Source: a virus. Taken from it: 64,000 nucleotides of DNA. Where the stretch lies: positions 1 to 64,000 of IMG/VR virus record IMGVR_UViG_3300009702_000023; one strand, written 5' to 3'. Position 1 is the stretch's first letter, and each line of letters opens with the position of its first letter. The position numbers and the translations under genes are program-made. The notes beneath the pieces were generated by a model, which was not told where the DNA came from, did not search any database, and saw only the letters and a program-made list of their open reading frames with translations. Positions 37,810-48,719 of this stretch are shown here, in pieces.

Positions 37810-39054
37810 ATGCAATTTAGTAAAAAATATCCACTAGAAATTAGTTTTATTGAGCATAGTAATCCGAATATTTCAGCTATTCATATGGATGCTATTAAAA
37901 AAATTAGAAAATGTCGAAAGACATTAAAAAATGATTATTCTAAAATGTCGGATAATTTAAAAGAACAATTGATTGAAGAAATTCAGAAATATAGAGGAAG
38001 AATACATTTTCATAAAGCCAAACGGCGTAAAGCTAAATTAAAATATAAAGATGTTGAAATGATTGTTCCGGTAAATTCAATGGGAATGATTCTCCCTAGT
38101 AAATTTCGGGGGTATAAAAAAGAAATTATTAATCAATTACAAAAAAATAGAGAAGATAGAAAAAAACAAAATGAAAAAGTGACATTTATTGGTAGAATAG
38201 ATTATTCCTTATACGGTGGGGTTCATAAAAAACAGAAAACGATTTTAAAACTTTTTAGAGAAATTGCCAAGAATAGAGTTAATAGTCCAAGAAATCCTAA
38301 AGCCGAAGAAAATCATGTGGGACTTGAAATAGAATTTTTTTCAAATTATGATAGAGATACAGTTTGTAATTTTTTTATTGATGCAAAATTATCACAGTTT
38401 GTTAGAATAATGACAGATGTTTCAATTAAACCTTCTAGCGAAAAACCTGTTGGTTTAGAATTATGTCTGATTGCCCCCGAAAGTCGTTTAGAAGAGATTG
38501 TTCGGCGAGCTTGTGAGGTATTAACTGATCTTGATGCCAAAACTAATGAAAGCTGCGGCCTACACGTTCATCTCGATTGTCGAAATCGCAGTCAAGTAAC
38601 ACTTTTTTATAATATGGTTAAATGTCAAGATTTATTATTTAAATTGGTTGATCCTTCAAGAACGGGTAATAAGTTTTGTTTAAAGCAAAGAAGTCCTATT
38701 TGGGAAAAAGCAAATACAGGCCATTATGCTGCTATTAATAAAGGTTCATATTTAAAACATAAAACTATTGAAATCAGAATGCATCACGGAACAACAAATT
38801 ATAATGAAATTATCTTATGGGTTAAATTATTAATAAAAATTGCCAATTATAATAAACATTTTAAGGATATTAACTCAGTTGATAGAATTTCGAAGATATT
38901 AAAATTAGATAATAATTTAAAACAGAAATTAAATACAAAAATGAGTATAAATAAAAAGAATCCAGAGCAAGGGAGAGTTACTGCTACTGAATTGATGTTT
39001 GATACTGCCCGCGATTTTTATTATACGAGACAGTGGTTGGACTGGGGGATGTAA
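37810..39054 (+). CDS. Second amidoligase (COOH-NH2 ligase)
   Basis: VGLEIEF, TDVSI, GLEL, SCGLHVHLD, HYAAIN, TIEIRMHHGTTN. Confidence 0.85.
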   Translation: MQFSKKYPLEISFIEHSNPNISAIHMDAIKKIRKCRKTLKNDYSKMSDNLKEQLIEEIQKYRGRIHFHKAKRRKAKLKYKDVEMIVPVNSMGMILPSKFRGYKKEIINQLQKNREDRKKQNEKVTFIGRIDYSLYGGVHKKQKTILKLFREIAKNRVNSPRNPKAEENHVGLEIEFFSNYDRDTVCNFFIDAKLSQFVRIMTDVSIKPSSEKPVGLELCLIAPESRLEEIVRRACEVLTDLDAKTNESCGLHVHLDCRNRSQVTLFYNMVKCQDLLFKLVDPSRTGNKFCLKQRSPIWEKANTGHYAAINKGSYLKHKTIEIRMHHGTTNYNEIILWVKLLIKIANYNKHFKDINSVDRISKILKLDNNLKQKLNTKMSINKKNPEQGRVTATELMFDTARDFYYTRQWLDWGM

Positions 39055-40263
39055 TTTTGGGAGGTTTTATGTGGTTTTTATTATATTTGGGTTTATTTTT
39101 ATTAACTGAACTTTTAATTGGGAGTTTATAATGTCAATATTGTTAATATTATTTATTAATACACAATGTTTTTCTCAGGAATATATAGATATTAAAGACA
39201 CATCAAATGGTTATACGCAAATTATATACCATACAGATAATGGTAAAAGTTATAATTTGGAATTAAAAATCAAAGATTTAAAAAATGAGAAAAAAATAAA
39301 GGAATGGTTTGATGAAGTTGCCCCCGATGATAGTATGTTTACAGATGATCTATTGAAATAATAAACTTTTTTCTTGACAAAGCTTTTTTATTAATATATA
39401 ATATTAATTATGACAAGGACGATGTATTATGAAAAAAAACACAAGTGATTTTCCATTATTGGATGACGATGAAAATTTTCTAGATTTTTCAAACATAGAC
39501 CCAGAACAAATGGAGCGAGTGTTTCAAGTCATTGATTTTTTGGCGAATAAAAAACAATTAATGATGAAATTTAGTCCAGAGGTTATTCATTTTCTAGACA
39601 AAAATGATAATATAACAGAAATCGCGTCAGATTATGAATTTAATGATCTTATAATTGGTCTTATAAAAAATGAGCTTGTTGATCATTTTAATTTTAATCC
39701 AGAAGAAATTATGATATTAACGGAATTTGATTTTTTAGATCTTGTTACTGATGGATATTTTTTTGATAAAAACAATTATTTACGAGGAGATAATAATGAC
39801 AAATACAAGAATTCGGTACACTAAAGCTGGGGTTAATCTAGTTTCCAGGCAAGCATTTCAAGTTAATGAAACTACTTCAGTTAAAGTTGTTCTTAACTCG
39901 GAAACAATGAAATACGACATTGTAGATGCAACAGATGAATCAAATGTACTAGCGAGCGGGGGTAACACAAAAAACCTGTCTGTGCTTAAGATTCAAGCAA
40001 AACGTAATCTTAAAGCTATGGGATTAGAGTTTAATACGGAATCGAGAAATCGTGGATAAAAAGCTCTTACATCCTAATATTCTTAAAAAAACTAGAGAAT
40101 TGGCCCAGCATGATTATGTAGATCGGGCCTTTGATTTGGATCATCCGGAGCATTTTTTAGCTAAATGTTATGCTTGCGGTTATATTGGGGCATTAGTAAA
40201 TGCTGGGTATACTATTACAATTGAAAAAGATAACGAAAAATATATTTATCCAAAGGAAAAATA

Positions 40264-41166
40264 GTGGTACAATTAAGCTATTCTGCATCTGAAAAATATC
40301 AAATGTCACCCATGTCATATTATTTACATTATATTTTACGACTTAGACCTGAGAAAATTGGGAGTGCTCTTGTTTTCGGGAGCGCCGTTGATGTTGGTAT
40401 TAATACTTTGTTAGAAAATAAAATGAATAATGAAAATAAATTACCACATGAGGCTTTTTTAAAATTGTGGACAAAAGCATCAATTAACGGAATTGAAACT
40501 GATTTACGATATACAGATTTAATCAAATATTCAAAATCCGATTATGATGAAAATATTTTAACTGAGCAAGATAAAGAAGCAATTGAAGGTGGGTTAAATA
40601 AAAGTTGGGTTAGTTTACATCGTAAAGGTATTTTAATGATGGAAGCTTATGAAAAGCAAGTATTACCCCACATTAAAGAAGTTTTGGCTGTTCAGAAATA
40701 TGTTCAACTATCAAATTCACATGGGGATAAATTTATTGGTTGGATTGATTTTGTCTGCAAATGGGAGGATGATAAAATTTATATTGTTGATAATAAGACC
40801 ACATCAATAAAATATAAAGAAGATTCAGTAAAAACAAGCCCCCAGCTTGCGACTTATTTTGAAGGTGTTAAAAAAGAAATTAAAGCTGACGGGGCAATGT
40901 ATATCGCTGTGCCTAAGAAATTCAGAAAGAGAAAAGAACCGTTAATCCCAATTGATATTATCAAAGACAAAATTCCCGAAGAACTTATAGAATCGACATT
41001 TGATAGATATGATGACACACTTCATGGAATTAAAATGGGGGAGTTTCATTGTACCGGATGTGAAAAAAATGTATTCGGATGTCCATATAAAGGATATTGT
41101 GAGAGTAATGGAGAAGATACCACGGGACTTATTTATGTTAAAGACAAACCTAGAAAAACTTATTAA
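40264..41166 (+). CDS. PD-(D/E)XK exonuclease (Cas4/RecB-like)
   Basis: LSYS, FGSAV, GWIDF, IVDNKT, QLATY, C-terminal C..C...CPY...C. Confidence 0.85.
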   Translation: MVQLSYSASEKYQMSPMSYYLHYILRLRPEKIGSALVFGSAVDVGINTLLENKMNNENKLPHEAFLKLWTKASINGIETDLRYTDLIKYSKSDYDENILTEQDKEAIEGGLNKSWVSLHRKGILMMEAYEKQVLPHIKEVLAVQKYVQLSNSHGDKFIGWIDFVCKWEDDKIYIVDNKTTSIKYKEDSVKTSPQLATYFEGVKKEIKADGAMYIAVPKKFRKRKEPLIPIDIIKDKIPEELIESTFDRYDDTLHGIKMGEFHCTGCEKNVFGCPYKGYCESNGEDTTGLIYVKDKPRKTY

Positions 41167-41331
41167 ACTTATGCCTGATAATACTAATATGGTATATGAT
41201 GATAAGAATCAAATTTTAACAATTGAGTTAAATAATGAAAAAGGTAATTTGATTTATTCATTTCATATTAAAGATGAAAGTCGCATAGATGAAATATTAA
41301 AATTGCTAGAAGATAGAAAAGCCAATAACTA

Positions 41332-41952
41332 ATGAAAAATAATTATTACTGTGATACTAAGATTTGGAATAAGGTATGTGAAGATGATTTATGGATCTTT
41401 GATAAATTAATAGTATCTAAAAAATTAGGATATGTTTGTGGCCCCAAAGGAGTAAATGTCCCCGAACCCGGCTTATATGTAGCGCGACCTTGTGTAAATC
41501 TTATGGGAATGGGGCGCGGAGCACGATTCGTAATCTTAGTAGATGAAACTGATTATTTGATAACTGATGGAACATTTTGGTCTCAAGTATTTAAAGGAAA
41601 ACATTTGAGTGTTGATTACTATAAAGGCGAGCAAAAGTTATGTGTTGAAGGTATAAGATCTGATATAAGTAATATACAGAAATGGGACATGTGGAAAAAG
41701 GTTAAAGACAAAATGCCTTATCCTAATATATTAAATAGTTTAAAAGGTAATTATGATTGGGTAAATGTTGAATTTATTGGCGATAAAATAATTGAAATCC
41801 ATCTCCGAAGAAATCCAGATTTTAAAGATCATAATGCTGATTGCATAATTCCAGTATATGCCGGAGAAGAAATAAAAGATAAACCTTTTATTAAATCGGT
41901 AGATTCAAATAGAGTAGGATTTTATTTACAAGAAGGAGATAATAATGATTGA
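41332..41952 (+). CDS. Conserved phage protein, probable ATP-grasp fold
   Basis: DKL, RPCVNLMGMGRGA, HLSVDY, NVEFIG.KIIEIHLR. Confidence 0.5.
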   Translation: MKNNYYCDTKIWNKVCEDDLWIFDKLIVSKKLGYVCGPKGVNVPEPGLYVARPCVNLMGMGRGARFVILVDETDYLITDGTFWSQVFKGKHLSVDYYKGEQKLCVEGIRSDISNIQKWDMWKKVKDKMPYPNILNSLKGNYDWVNVEFIGDKIIEIHLRRNPDFKDHNADCIIPVYAGEEIKDKPFIKSVDSNRVGFYLQEGDNND

Positions 41953-42223
41953 AATAATATTTATCGGAGTGCTTGCTATGGCAGCGCCAACTTATACAAA
42001 AGATATTAGGCCAATAGTTATGAATAGATGTACACCATGCCATACTGGACAGGTGCAAGGATTGCCTAATTTTTCCAAGTATGAAGTGGCTTTCAAAAAA
42101 AGAGATAAAATAATGCTTAGAGTAGTAACTCAAAAAAGCATGCCCCCTGGAAATTTTACAAATATAACAGATAAAGAACGGAATTTAATTAAGCAATGGA
42201 TTGACGCTGGGGCAAAGAAATAG
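41945..42223 (+). CDS. Monoheme c-type cytochrome
   Basis: Signal peptide, DIRPI...CTPCH heme motif, MPP axial Met, I..WI..GA. Confidence 0.8.
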   Translation: MIEIIFIGVLAMAAPTYTKDIRPIVMNRCTPCHTGQVQGLPNFSKYEVAFKKRDKIMLRVVTQKSMPPGNFTNITDKERNLIKQWIDAGAKK

Positions 42224-42597
42224 AAAATACTTGGCCTGTATCGAGAAAAAGCTTGACAAACAAAATTAAATGTGTTACTTTAAATATAACGGAGAAAATG
42301 AATGGCAAATCAATATGAGAAACGTAAAGCGCGAGAAGCTGAATTATTAAATGAAGTCTCAAAAAAACGAGAAGCCAAACGAAAAAAAATTAATACCGAT
42401 TTAACAAATATAGCCTTTGATATTATTAAAGATGAAAAAGGTAAATATTTGTTGGTCGTTATTAAATATAATTCCGCAACAAAACTTGCTGAAGTTCAGG
42501 AAATTAAACCGCTCGGAAATCGAGCTTTGGGGTTGATGTTTGAACAAAAGAAAACTGCATTAAAAACATTAAGTAATATAAAATAAGGAGGCAATAC

Positions 42598-43059
42598 ATG
42601 GCCAAAATTTATGGCACATTTAAAACACCGAAAGGTAGCGAGTTACAATTAATTAGTTTGAAAGGTAAACCCTATCTATTGGCGGCAGATCGCCTATTGT
42701 GGTTTCGGGAAGTTAATCCCAATGGCATCGTTAAAACCCAGCTTATGTCGCACCAAGATGATACTGCGATTTTTCGTGCAGAAGTTTATACTCTCGGTCA
42801 AGATGGTCAAGCACTTCTAGTTGCCACAGCGCATAAAATGGAGAGTAAAAGTACTTTCCCGGATTATATCGAAAAAGCTGAGACCTCGGCTCTAGCTAGA
42901 GCATTGGCAATGGCGGGATTTGGTACACAGTTCACAGGGGACGAATTAACCGAGGGTGATAGATTAGCTGATGCTCCAATTGTTCCAGCAAAGCGTAGCG
43001 TAAAAGCTAGGAAGGCATCCGGTTTTCGTGATGAAGCGTCCGTTGGGGATGATTTGTAA
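42598..43059 (+). CDS. Rad52/Sak-like ssDNA annealing protein
   Basis: KGKPYL...DRL.WF, EKAETSALARALA..GFG. Confidence 0.65.
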   Translation: MAKIYGTFKTPKGSELQLISLKGKPYLLAADRLLWFREVNPNGIVKTQLMSHQDDTAIFRAEVYTLGQDGQALLVATAHKMESKSTFPDYIEKAETSALARALAMAGFGTQFTGDELTEGDRLADAPIVPAKRSVKARKASGFRDEASVGDDL

Positions 43060-43362
43060 TGGATGAAAAAACAGAGGTGGAAAATAAAGATTTAGGATTT
43101 TCTAAAGAAGTTGAGCAAGCATCATATGCTTTTTCGCATGGATTTCCTGAGTTTAAAAAATTGCTTCAAGGTATTAATAGTTTAAATAGTTTGGCTAGAG
43201 TATTTTGCGCAGTTTTAGAATTTCCATTAGCTAAAGAAATACCACAATTTAAAAGTGATGCTGAAACTAAATTATTTTTAGCTTTTAACGAAATGCTACA
43301 ACATAAATCAGTTATTATGTCGGCGTTTTTAAATGAAATGTTGAATAAAAAAGGAGAAAATA

Positions 43363-43647
43363 ATGTCAACAAACAAGAAGAAGTCGTGGCCCAAGATCGG
43401 GACAATCAGGAAAAGTGATAGCGGTAATTACATTAAACTAGAAGAGAATGTCTCTATTCTTGTTGATGGTGAGCCCGTTGAACTTAATCGAAGCCGAACA
43501 GTTCGATTGGAAGATCCACGCAAAAAAATTGAATTTTTGTTCGAAAAAGGTCATATTGACGAAAAAACATATAATAAACGTGCCGAAGTTCTGGCGGAAA
43601 ATACTTGGTTGCGTTATGAATTGATAGTTCCTCCTGATAGAAAATAA
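43363..43647 (+). CDS. Putative single-stranded DNA-binding protein
   Basis: W.KIG.I.K...G.YIKL; located between annealase and primase. Confidence 0.35.
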   Translation: MSTNKKKSWPKIGTIRKSDSGNYIKLEENVSILVDGEPVELNRSRTVRLEDPRKKIEFLFEKGHIDEKTYNKRAEVLAENTWLRYELIVPPDRK

Positions 43648-43684
43648 TATTCCTCATTGTTAGCCTCCTATGGTCAAAAGTGCG

Positions 43685-43713
43685 GTCGGGGGTAATACCC
43701 CGGCCATTTTTTT
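43685..43713 (+). terminator. Rho-independent terminator
   Basis: GGTCGGGG-GTAATA-CCCCGGCC followed by a T run. Confidence 0.8.
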
Positions 43714-43731
43714 GAAAAGTCAAGGATTGAT

Positions 43732-45714
43732 ATGTCTAAAGAAGAGGAAAAAGATATGAAGTATGTTGCTATAGCTGACGGGTTACATAGCAGAGAATTA
43801 GTCCCTATAACATATGATTTTAAGAAATATATATCCAAGAAATCAGATAAGGATATTTATTTTTCACTTTATAAATACAATAAACGTCATTATGATAAAT
43901 TTAAAGAAACCCGGTCTTTGGCTGGAATAACTGATGTTAAAACTGATAAGCTATTGTTTGATTTCGATGATTCAGCAAATTTAGATAATGCTAGAGCCGA
44001 TGCTATTGAAATTACAAATAGATTAATTCAACACGGAATTCCTAAAGATAAAATCGGTATATATTTTTCTGGCGGCAAGGGGTTTCATGTTGAAGTTAAA
44101 ACCCAAGAAGAATTTAATAGAACTGAATTTGAAAACATTGTTTATAACTTAAGTGACGGGTTACAAACATATGATACCGCAATTGTTGATGAACAACGAA
44201 TTGTAAGAGCGCCGCTAACAAAACATCCCCACAGTAACTTATATAAAATTCCAATTAGCATTAATCAATTAAATAATCTTAATTGTGAAAAAATAAAAGT
44301 AATGGCAGGGCACCCAGAGCAAGTAAGTAAAACTTTAATGGATCGTTGGGATGAAGTTAGTTTGCCCGATTCAATATTAGAATTAAAAACCAAATCAACA
44401 AAAAAACAAAAAACGGAAATTATTCTTGATGAAACTCTTTCATTTGAAAAGTATCAATTAGATTTAACTAAATGCCCTAAATGGTTATCCCCCGAACGAT
44501 ATGCTCTTCAGGAAGGATTTTTTTATGGTAGCGAATCGGTTTCTGTTGGTGAGCGTAATAATGCTTTTATGATTTTAGCATCAACGTATTTAAAAAATGG
44601 AATTAATAAAAACATTGCATTAAATATGCTAAAGGCGACTGCGGAGTTACAATCGGCCCGAACGGGGGAAAGTGTATTTCCTGAATCTGAATTGAAAAAA
44701 ACTATTATAGATGTTGTTTATAAAAATAGTTGGAATGGCGGGATCTATTCAGCAGACCATATGTTATTGAAAAAAACAAGGCAGAGATTTGATATTCCCG
44801 AAATTAAACAAGCCACTGATTTTATATCATCAACTAATATGTTTTCGTCTTTTGTTAAATATGCATCGAACATTGACGGTAATACTATTAAAACCGGCCT
44901 ACCAATTGATAACTATATTAAATTAACTATTGGGATGCCTGTGGCTCTTCTGGGCGCACCATCAAGTGGTAAAACTACATGTGCGTTAAATATTTTACGC
45001 AATACGTCTAAACAAGGTATTCATTCTCTATTCTTTTCAATGGATATGCACCGGGCACTGGTTTGTCAAAAGCAATTACAACTATTATACAAAGACACTC
45101 CTGAACAAATTTATAGAAAAATATTAGATCCTAAAAAAGCTGAAAAATATGTAAAGGGTTTAGATGAAAATTTTAAAAATGTATCTTATATTACAAAAGC
45201 CGGATTAACTATTGATGAAATTAGGAATTTAATAGAAAAGAAAAAAGAACAAATTGGCGATTCATTAAAATTAGTAATGATAGATTATATGGAATGTATA
45301 CGCGGCCCATTTTCAGATGCAACATCGAATAGCGCAATTATTGCTGATGGAATTAAAAATATAGCAGTCGAACTAGATGTATGTGTAATTTTATTAGTTC
45401 AGCCCCCAAAGATTACTGGCGGTGCGGCATACCCTTTAACTAATATGTATAATATTAAAGGCTCAAGTATGGTCGCTCAAGCAATGCGAGTAATTATTGG
45501 TATATATCGGGAGGGATTTAGCCCCGATACTCCATATGATGATAATTTTATAACCTTTGTTGGTTTAAAAAATACTATGGGCAATCTATTTAAACAAGAC
45601 TGTGCCTGGAATGGCAGCCGGGGAGAAATTACATTACTTGATGAAATTGGCGAAATGGAATTAAAAAATTTAAGGGATAGATTAAAACAAGAAAGATCTA
45701 ATAATGACTTCTAA
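43732..45714 (+). CDS. AEP primase fused to SF4 (DnaB-like) helicase
   Basis: FDFD, FSGGKGFH, D...RIVRAP.T.H, GERNN; GAPSSGKT Walker A, FFSMDM, VMIDY Walker B. Confidence 0.88.
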   Translation: MSKEEEKDMKYVAIADGLHSRELVPITYDFKKYISKKSDKDIYFSLYKYNKRHYDKFKETRSLAGITDVKTDKLLFDFDDSANLDNARADAIEITNRLIQHGIPKDKIGIYFSGGKGFHVEVKTQEEFNRTEFENIVYNLSDGLQTYDTAIVDEQRIVRAPLTKHPHSNLYKIPISINQLNNLNCEKIKVMAGHPEQVSKTLMDRWDEVSLPDSILELKTKSTKKQKTEIILDETLSFEKYQLDLTKCPKWLSPERYALQEGFFYGSESVSVGERNNAFMILASTYLKNGINKNIALNMLKATAELQSARTGESVFPESELKKTIIDVVYKNSWNGGIYSADHMLLKKTRQRFDIPEIKQATDFISSTNMFSSFVKYASNIDGNTIKTGLPIDNYIKLTIGMPVALLGAPSSGKTTCALNILRNTSKQGIHSLFFSMDMHRALVCQKQLQLLYKDTPEQIYRKILDPKKAEKYVKGLDENFKNVSYITKAGLTIDEIRNLIEKKKEQIGDSLKLVMIDYMECIRGPFSDATSNSAIIADGIKNIAVELDVCVILLVQPPKITGGAAYPLTNMYNIKGSSMVAQAMRVIIGIYREGFSPDTPYDDNFITFVGLKNTMGNLFKQDCAWNGSRGEITLLDEIGEMELKNLRDRLKQERSNNDF

Positions 45715-45999
45715 AACTATTAAAAAACTTAAAGATATTTTTCTAGAGGAACTTGTTGTTTTTTATTTAAAAGAAATGAAGGTTGCCGCTTATGATGAAG
45801 AAAATGAAGAATTAAAAATAAGTGGTATGGTGGAAGGTTATGTAATTGATATAGATGAGGATTTTTATTATTTAGGAAATGAAGAACATGATTTTGAAAA
45901 AGTAATAAGTCATAATGTTATTGCTATGGTTGAAATAGCTCAATTAGATTTAACCGCAATTGAGGGGCTTAATTACCCCGAAGATAAAGGAGACTTACA

Positions 46000-48474
46000 T
46001 TGATGTCAGATATGATTTCATTTGGTAAATATAAAGGACAAAAACTGAAAAATATTCCAATTGATTATATTAAATGGGCAGCCAAGAATATTACACAAAA
46101 TGATACTCGGAAACTTTTTGAAACTGAATTGCAAAATCGGGAGACCAAAAATTATAACCCTTTGATTTTCGGAAAGAACCAAACAGAAAAAATTATTAAT
46201 ATAACTATTGAACCAGGCAATGCTATTATATATAAAGCAGATAATACCCGTGAAATAATCGAATATGATCCGTGGGTTTTAACCCCATATCCTGCGAAAA
46301 AATATCAATCTGAAGAACTTAAAGGAGATCAGTATTATAAATATTTAACACATGTCCCAGATAATCACTACAAAGAATTAATAGCAAATCGGTTTAAACG
46401 TGATATGTGGGTGCCACGCAGTCTTGAAGAAGGCTTTATGTTAAAATACGGATATACATATTTCAAGGGAATGAAAGTTTCCGATGTTTCACTTTTAAGC
46501 TTTGATATAGAAGCAACTGGACTTAATCCGAAAGCCAATAACGCTGAAGTTATTTTAATTTCAAATACATTTAGAGATCGAACTGGCGAGATTAAAACCC
46601 AATTATTCAGTATTAAAGATTATGATACTTGTAAAGAAATGATCGAAGATTGGTGTAAATGGGTTAGATTAGTAAACCCAGATATCATGTTAGGACATAA
46701 TGTATTTGCATATGACCTGCCCTACTTAAGTGAACATGCCGAATTGTCTTTGGGGCGAGATGGTTCTGAAATTACTTTTGAAGAGAAAGACTCTAAATTT
46801 CGTAAAGATGGGAGCCAATCTTATACTTATAATAATGCGCATATTAATGGTAGAGAAATTATTGATACAATGTTTTTAAGTATTAAATATGATATCGGCA
46901 GAAACTTTCCCAGCTATGGATTAAAGCGAATTGAAAAATATTTAGATCTAGTCGATGATGACCGTATTGAATGGGATTTTAATAAGTATCCAACAAATAA
47001 ATATAAAGAGTTTAGTGAAGAAACTTGGAATAGTTTTGTTGAATATTGTAATGCTGATAGTGATAGTCCAATTAAAATGTTTGATTTAATGGTTCCGTCA
47101 TTTTTTTACTTGAACCAATCGGTGCCTAAAACATTACAACAAATGATTAATGAAGCCGCCGGGGGGCAGCTAGATAGCCTCATGATTAGGTCTTATCTTC
47201 AGGATGGGTATAGTCAGCCTAAGTCATCAAATCGAGAATCATTTCAAGGGGCAATTTCAATGGGAACCCCCGGTATATATAAGAATGTTAAAAAAGTGGA
47301 TGTTGCCAGTCTATATCCATCTATTATGCTTGAATATAATATATATAACAAACAAAAAGATCCTAATCGGCATATGCTAGAAATGCTAGAGTATTTTAGG
47401 AATGAAAGATTAACCAATAAAAAACTAGCTAAAGAAACTAAAGATAGTTATTATGTTGATATGCAATCCAGCCAAAAGATTATCATAAATTCAATGTATG
47501 GATTTATGGGCGCAGGTTATGTATTATACAACTATCCAGAAGGCGCATCTAATGTGACTAGTCATGGCCGGGAGATTTTACAAAAAGGTGTTGAATGGGC
47601 AACTGGGGCTAGATTAAAAAAAGTTGTCAAACAAATAAGGAATAAAGGTAAAGAAAATGAAGAAATAAAATATGAATGGGTTTTGGGAGATAAAGTTAGT
47701 GAAGGCCGGGGATATGCATTGGTAAATGTAGACACAGATTCCTTTTCAGTTACAAATGGAATTAAACCAACGCAAGATGAATTTAATCAAGAAGTTGAGG
47801 AACTAAATTCAATATATCCGAAATTAATTCGATGGGAGAATGATGGCCTCTTCGACAAAGTGATTGTAATAAAAGCTAAGAATTATATTCTTGAGCATGA
47901 TGGTAAAATTAAGTATAAGGGCAGTTCATTAACTGATCAAAAGAAAGAACCAATATTACTTGAATTTCTAGAAAAAATGATTAATTGTTTATTAGAAAAT
48001 GATTTAGATAAAATTGTAGGATTGTATGATAATTATTGTTTGGACGCTTTAACTCTCAATGATATTTCAGCTTGGGTTACTAAAAAGACTATCACAAAAT
48101 CTGTCTTAAATCCTGAAAGACTTAATGAGCAAAAAGTATTAGATGCTTGTAATGAAGCTATAGAAAAAAATGTAATTTCGGGGGTACAAGAAGGAGATAA
48201 GGTTTGGCTTTATCAAGCGATTGACGGAGAAATAGAAAAGCGGGCTAAAGGTGAAGTTGTGACATTAAAAGATGGCACACCAAAAATGATAGAAAAAACT
48301 GTATTAAGATTTCCGGAGCTATATAAAAATGATCACGATAAATGGTATTATGTTGCCCGTGTTTATAAAACATTGAAAATATTAGAAAATGTTGTCGATA
48401 TAAGCCAATTCACAAAATATAATTTAAAAGCAAACCGGAGTAAATTAAAAAAACCCTTGACAAATGAGAAATAA
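46000..48474 (+). CDS. Family B DNA polymerase with 3'-5' exonuclease
   Basis: SFDIE, GHN..YDLPYL, YC..D; DVASLYPS, KIIINSMYG, DTDS; N-terminal FGKYKG..L..IP.DYIKW module. Confidence 0.93.
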   Translation: MMSDMISFGKYKGQKLKNIPIDYIKWAAKNITQNDTRKLFETELQNRETKNYNPLIFGKNQTEKIINITIEPGNAIIYKADNTREIIEYDPWVLTPYPAKKYQSEELKGDQYYKYLTHVPDNHYKELIANRFKRDMWVPRSLEEGFMLKYGYTYFKGMKVSDVSLLSFDIEATGLNPKANNAEVILISNTFRDRTGEIKTQLFSIKDYDTCKEMIEDWCKWVRLVNPDIMLGHNVFAYDLPYLSEHAELSLGRDGSEITFEEKDSKFRKDGSQSYTYNNAHINGREIIDTMFLSIKYDIGRNFPSYGLKRIEKYLDLVDDDRIEWDFNKYPTNKYKEFSEETWNSFVEYCNADSDSPIKMFDLMVPSFFYLNQSVPKTLQQMINEAAGGQLDSLMIRSYLQDGYSQPKSSNRESFQGAISMGTPGIYKNVKKVDVASLYPSIMLEYNIYNKQKDPNRHMLEMLEYFRNERLTNKKLAKETKDSYYVDMQSSQKIIINSMYGFMGAGYVLYNYPEGASNVTSHGREILQKGVEWATGARLKKVVKQIRNKGKENEEIKYEWVLGDKVSEGRGYALVNVDTDSFSVTNGIKPTQDEFNQEVEELNSIYPKLIRWENDGLFDKVIVIKAKNYILEHDGKIKYKGSSLTDQKKEPILLEFLEKMINCLLENDLDKIVGLYDNYCLDALTLNDISAWVTKKTITKSVLNPERLNEQKVLDACNEAIEKNVISGVQEGDKVWLYQAIDGEIEKRAKGEVVTLKDGTPKMIEKTVLRFPELYKNDHDKWYYVARVYKTLKILENVVDISQFTKYNLKANRSKLKKPLTNEK

Positions 48475-48719
48475 TGTGACAAAATTAAAGAAGAAGGGAG
48501 AAAAATTTAATTTAATTGATTATAGATATGCAAAAGACATAGTGGATGATTACCCAAAGTTATTAAGTGTTTTGGATAAATTAATTCCAATTTTGCGAGA
48601 GAGATCACAATATATGGCAGTATGGCAATTATTACAAACCGCCGAAGAAAGTAGATTATTATTAAGAAATCAATTTGAATATTATCGAGAAATATATAAA
48701 AAGAAAGGTAAGGTAACTC

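Noticed and set aside
43650-43713. Possible tRNA
   Set aside because: No cloverleaf or T-loop; it is a terminator hairpin with a T run
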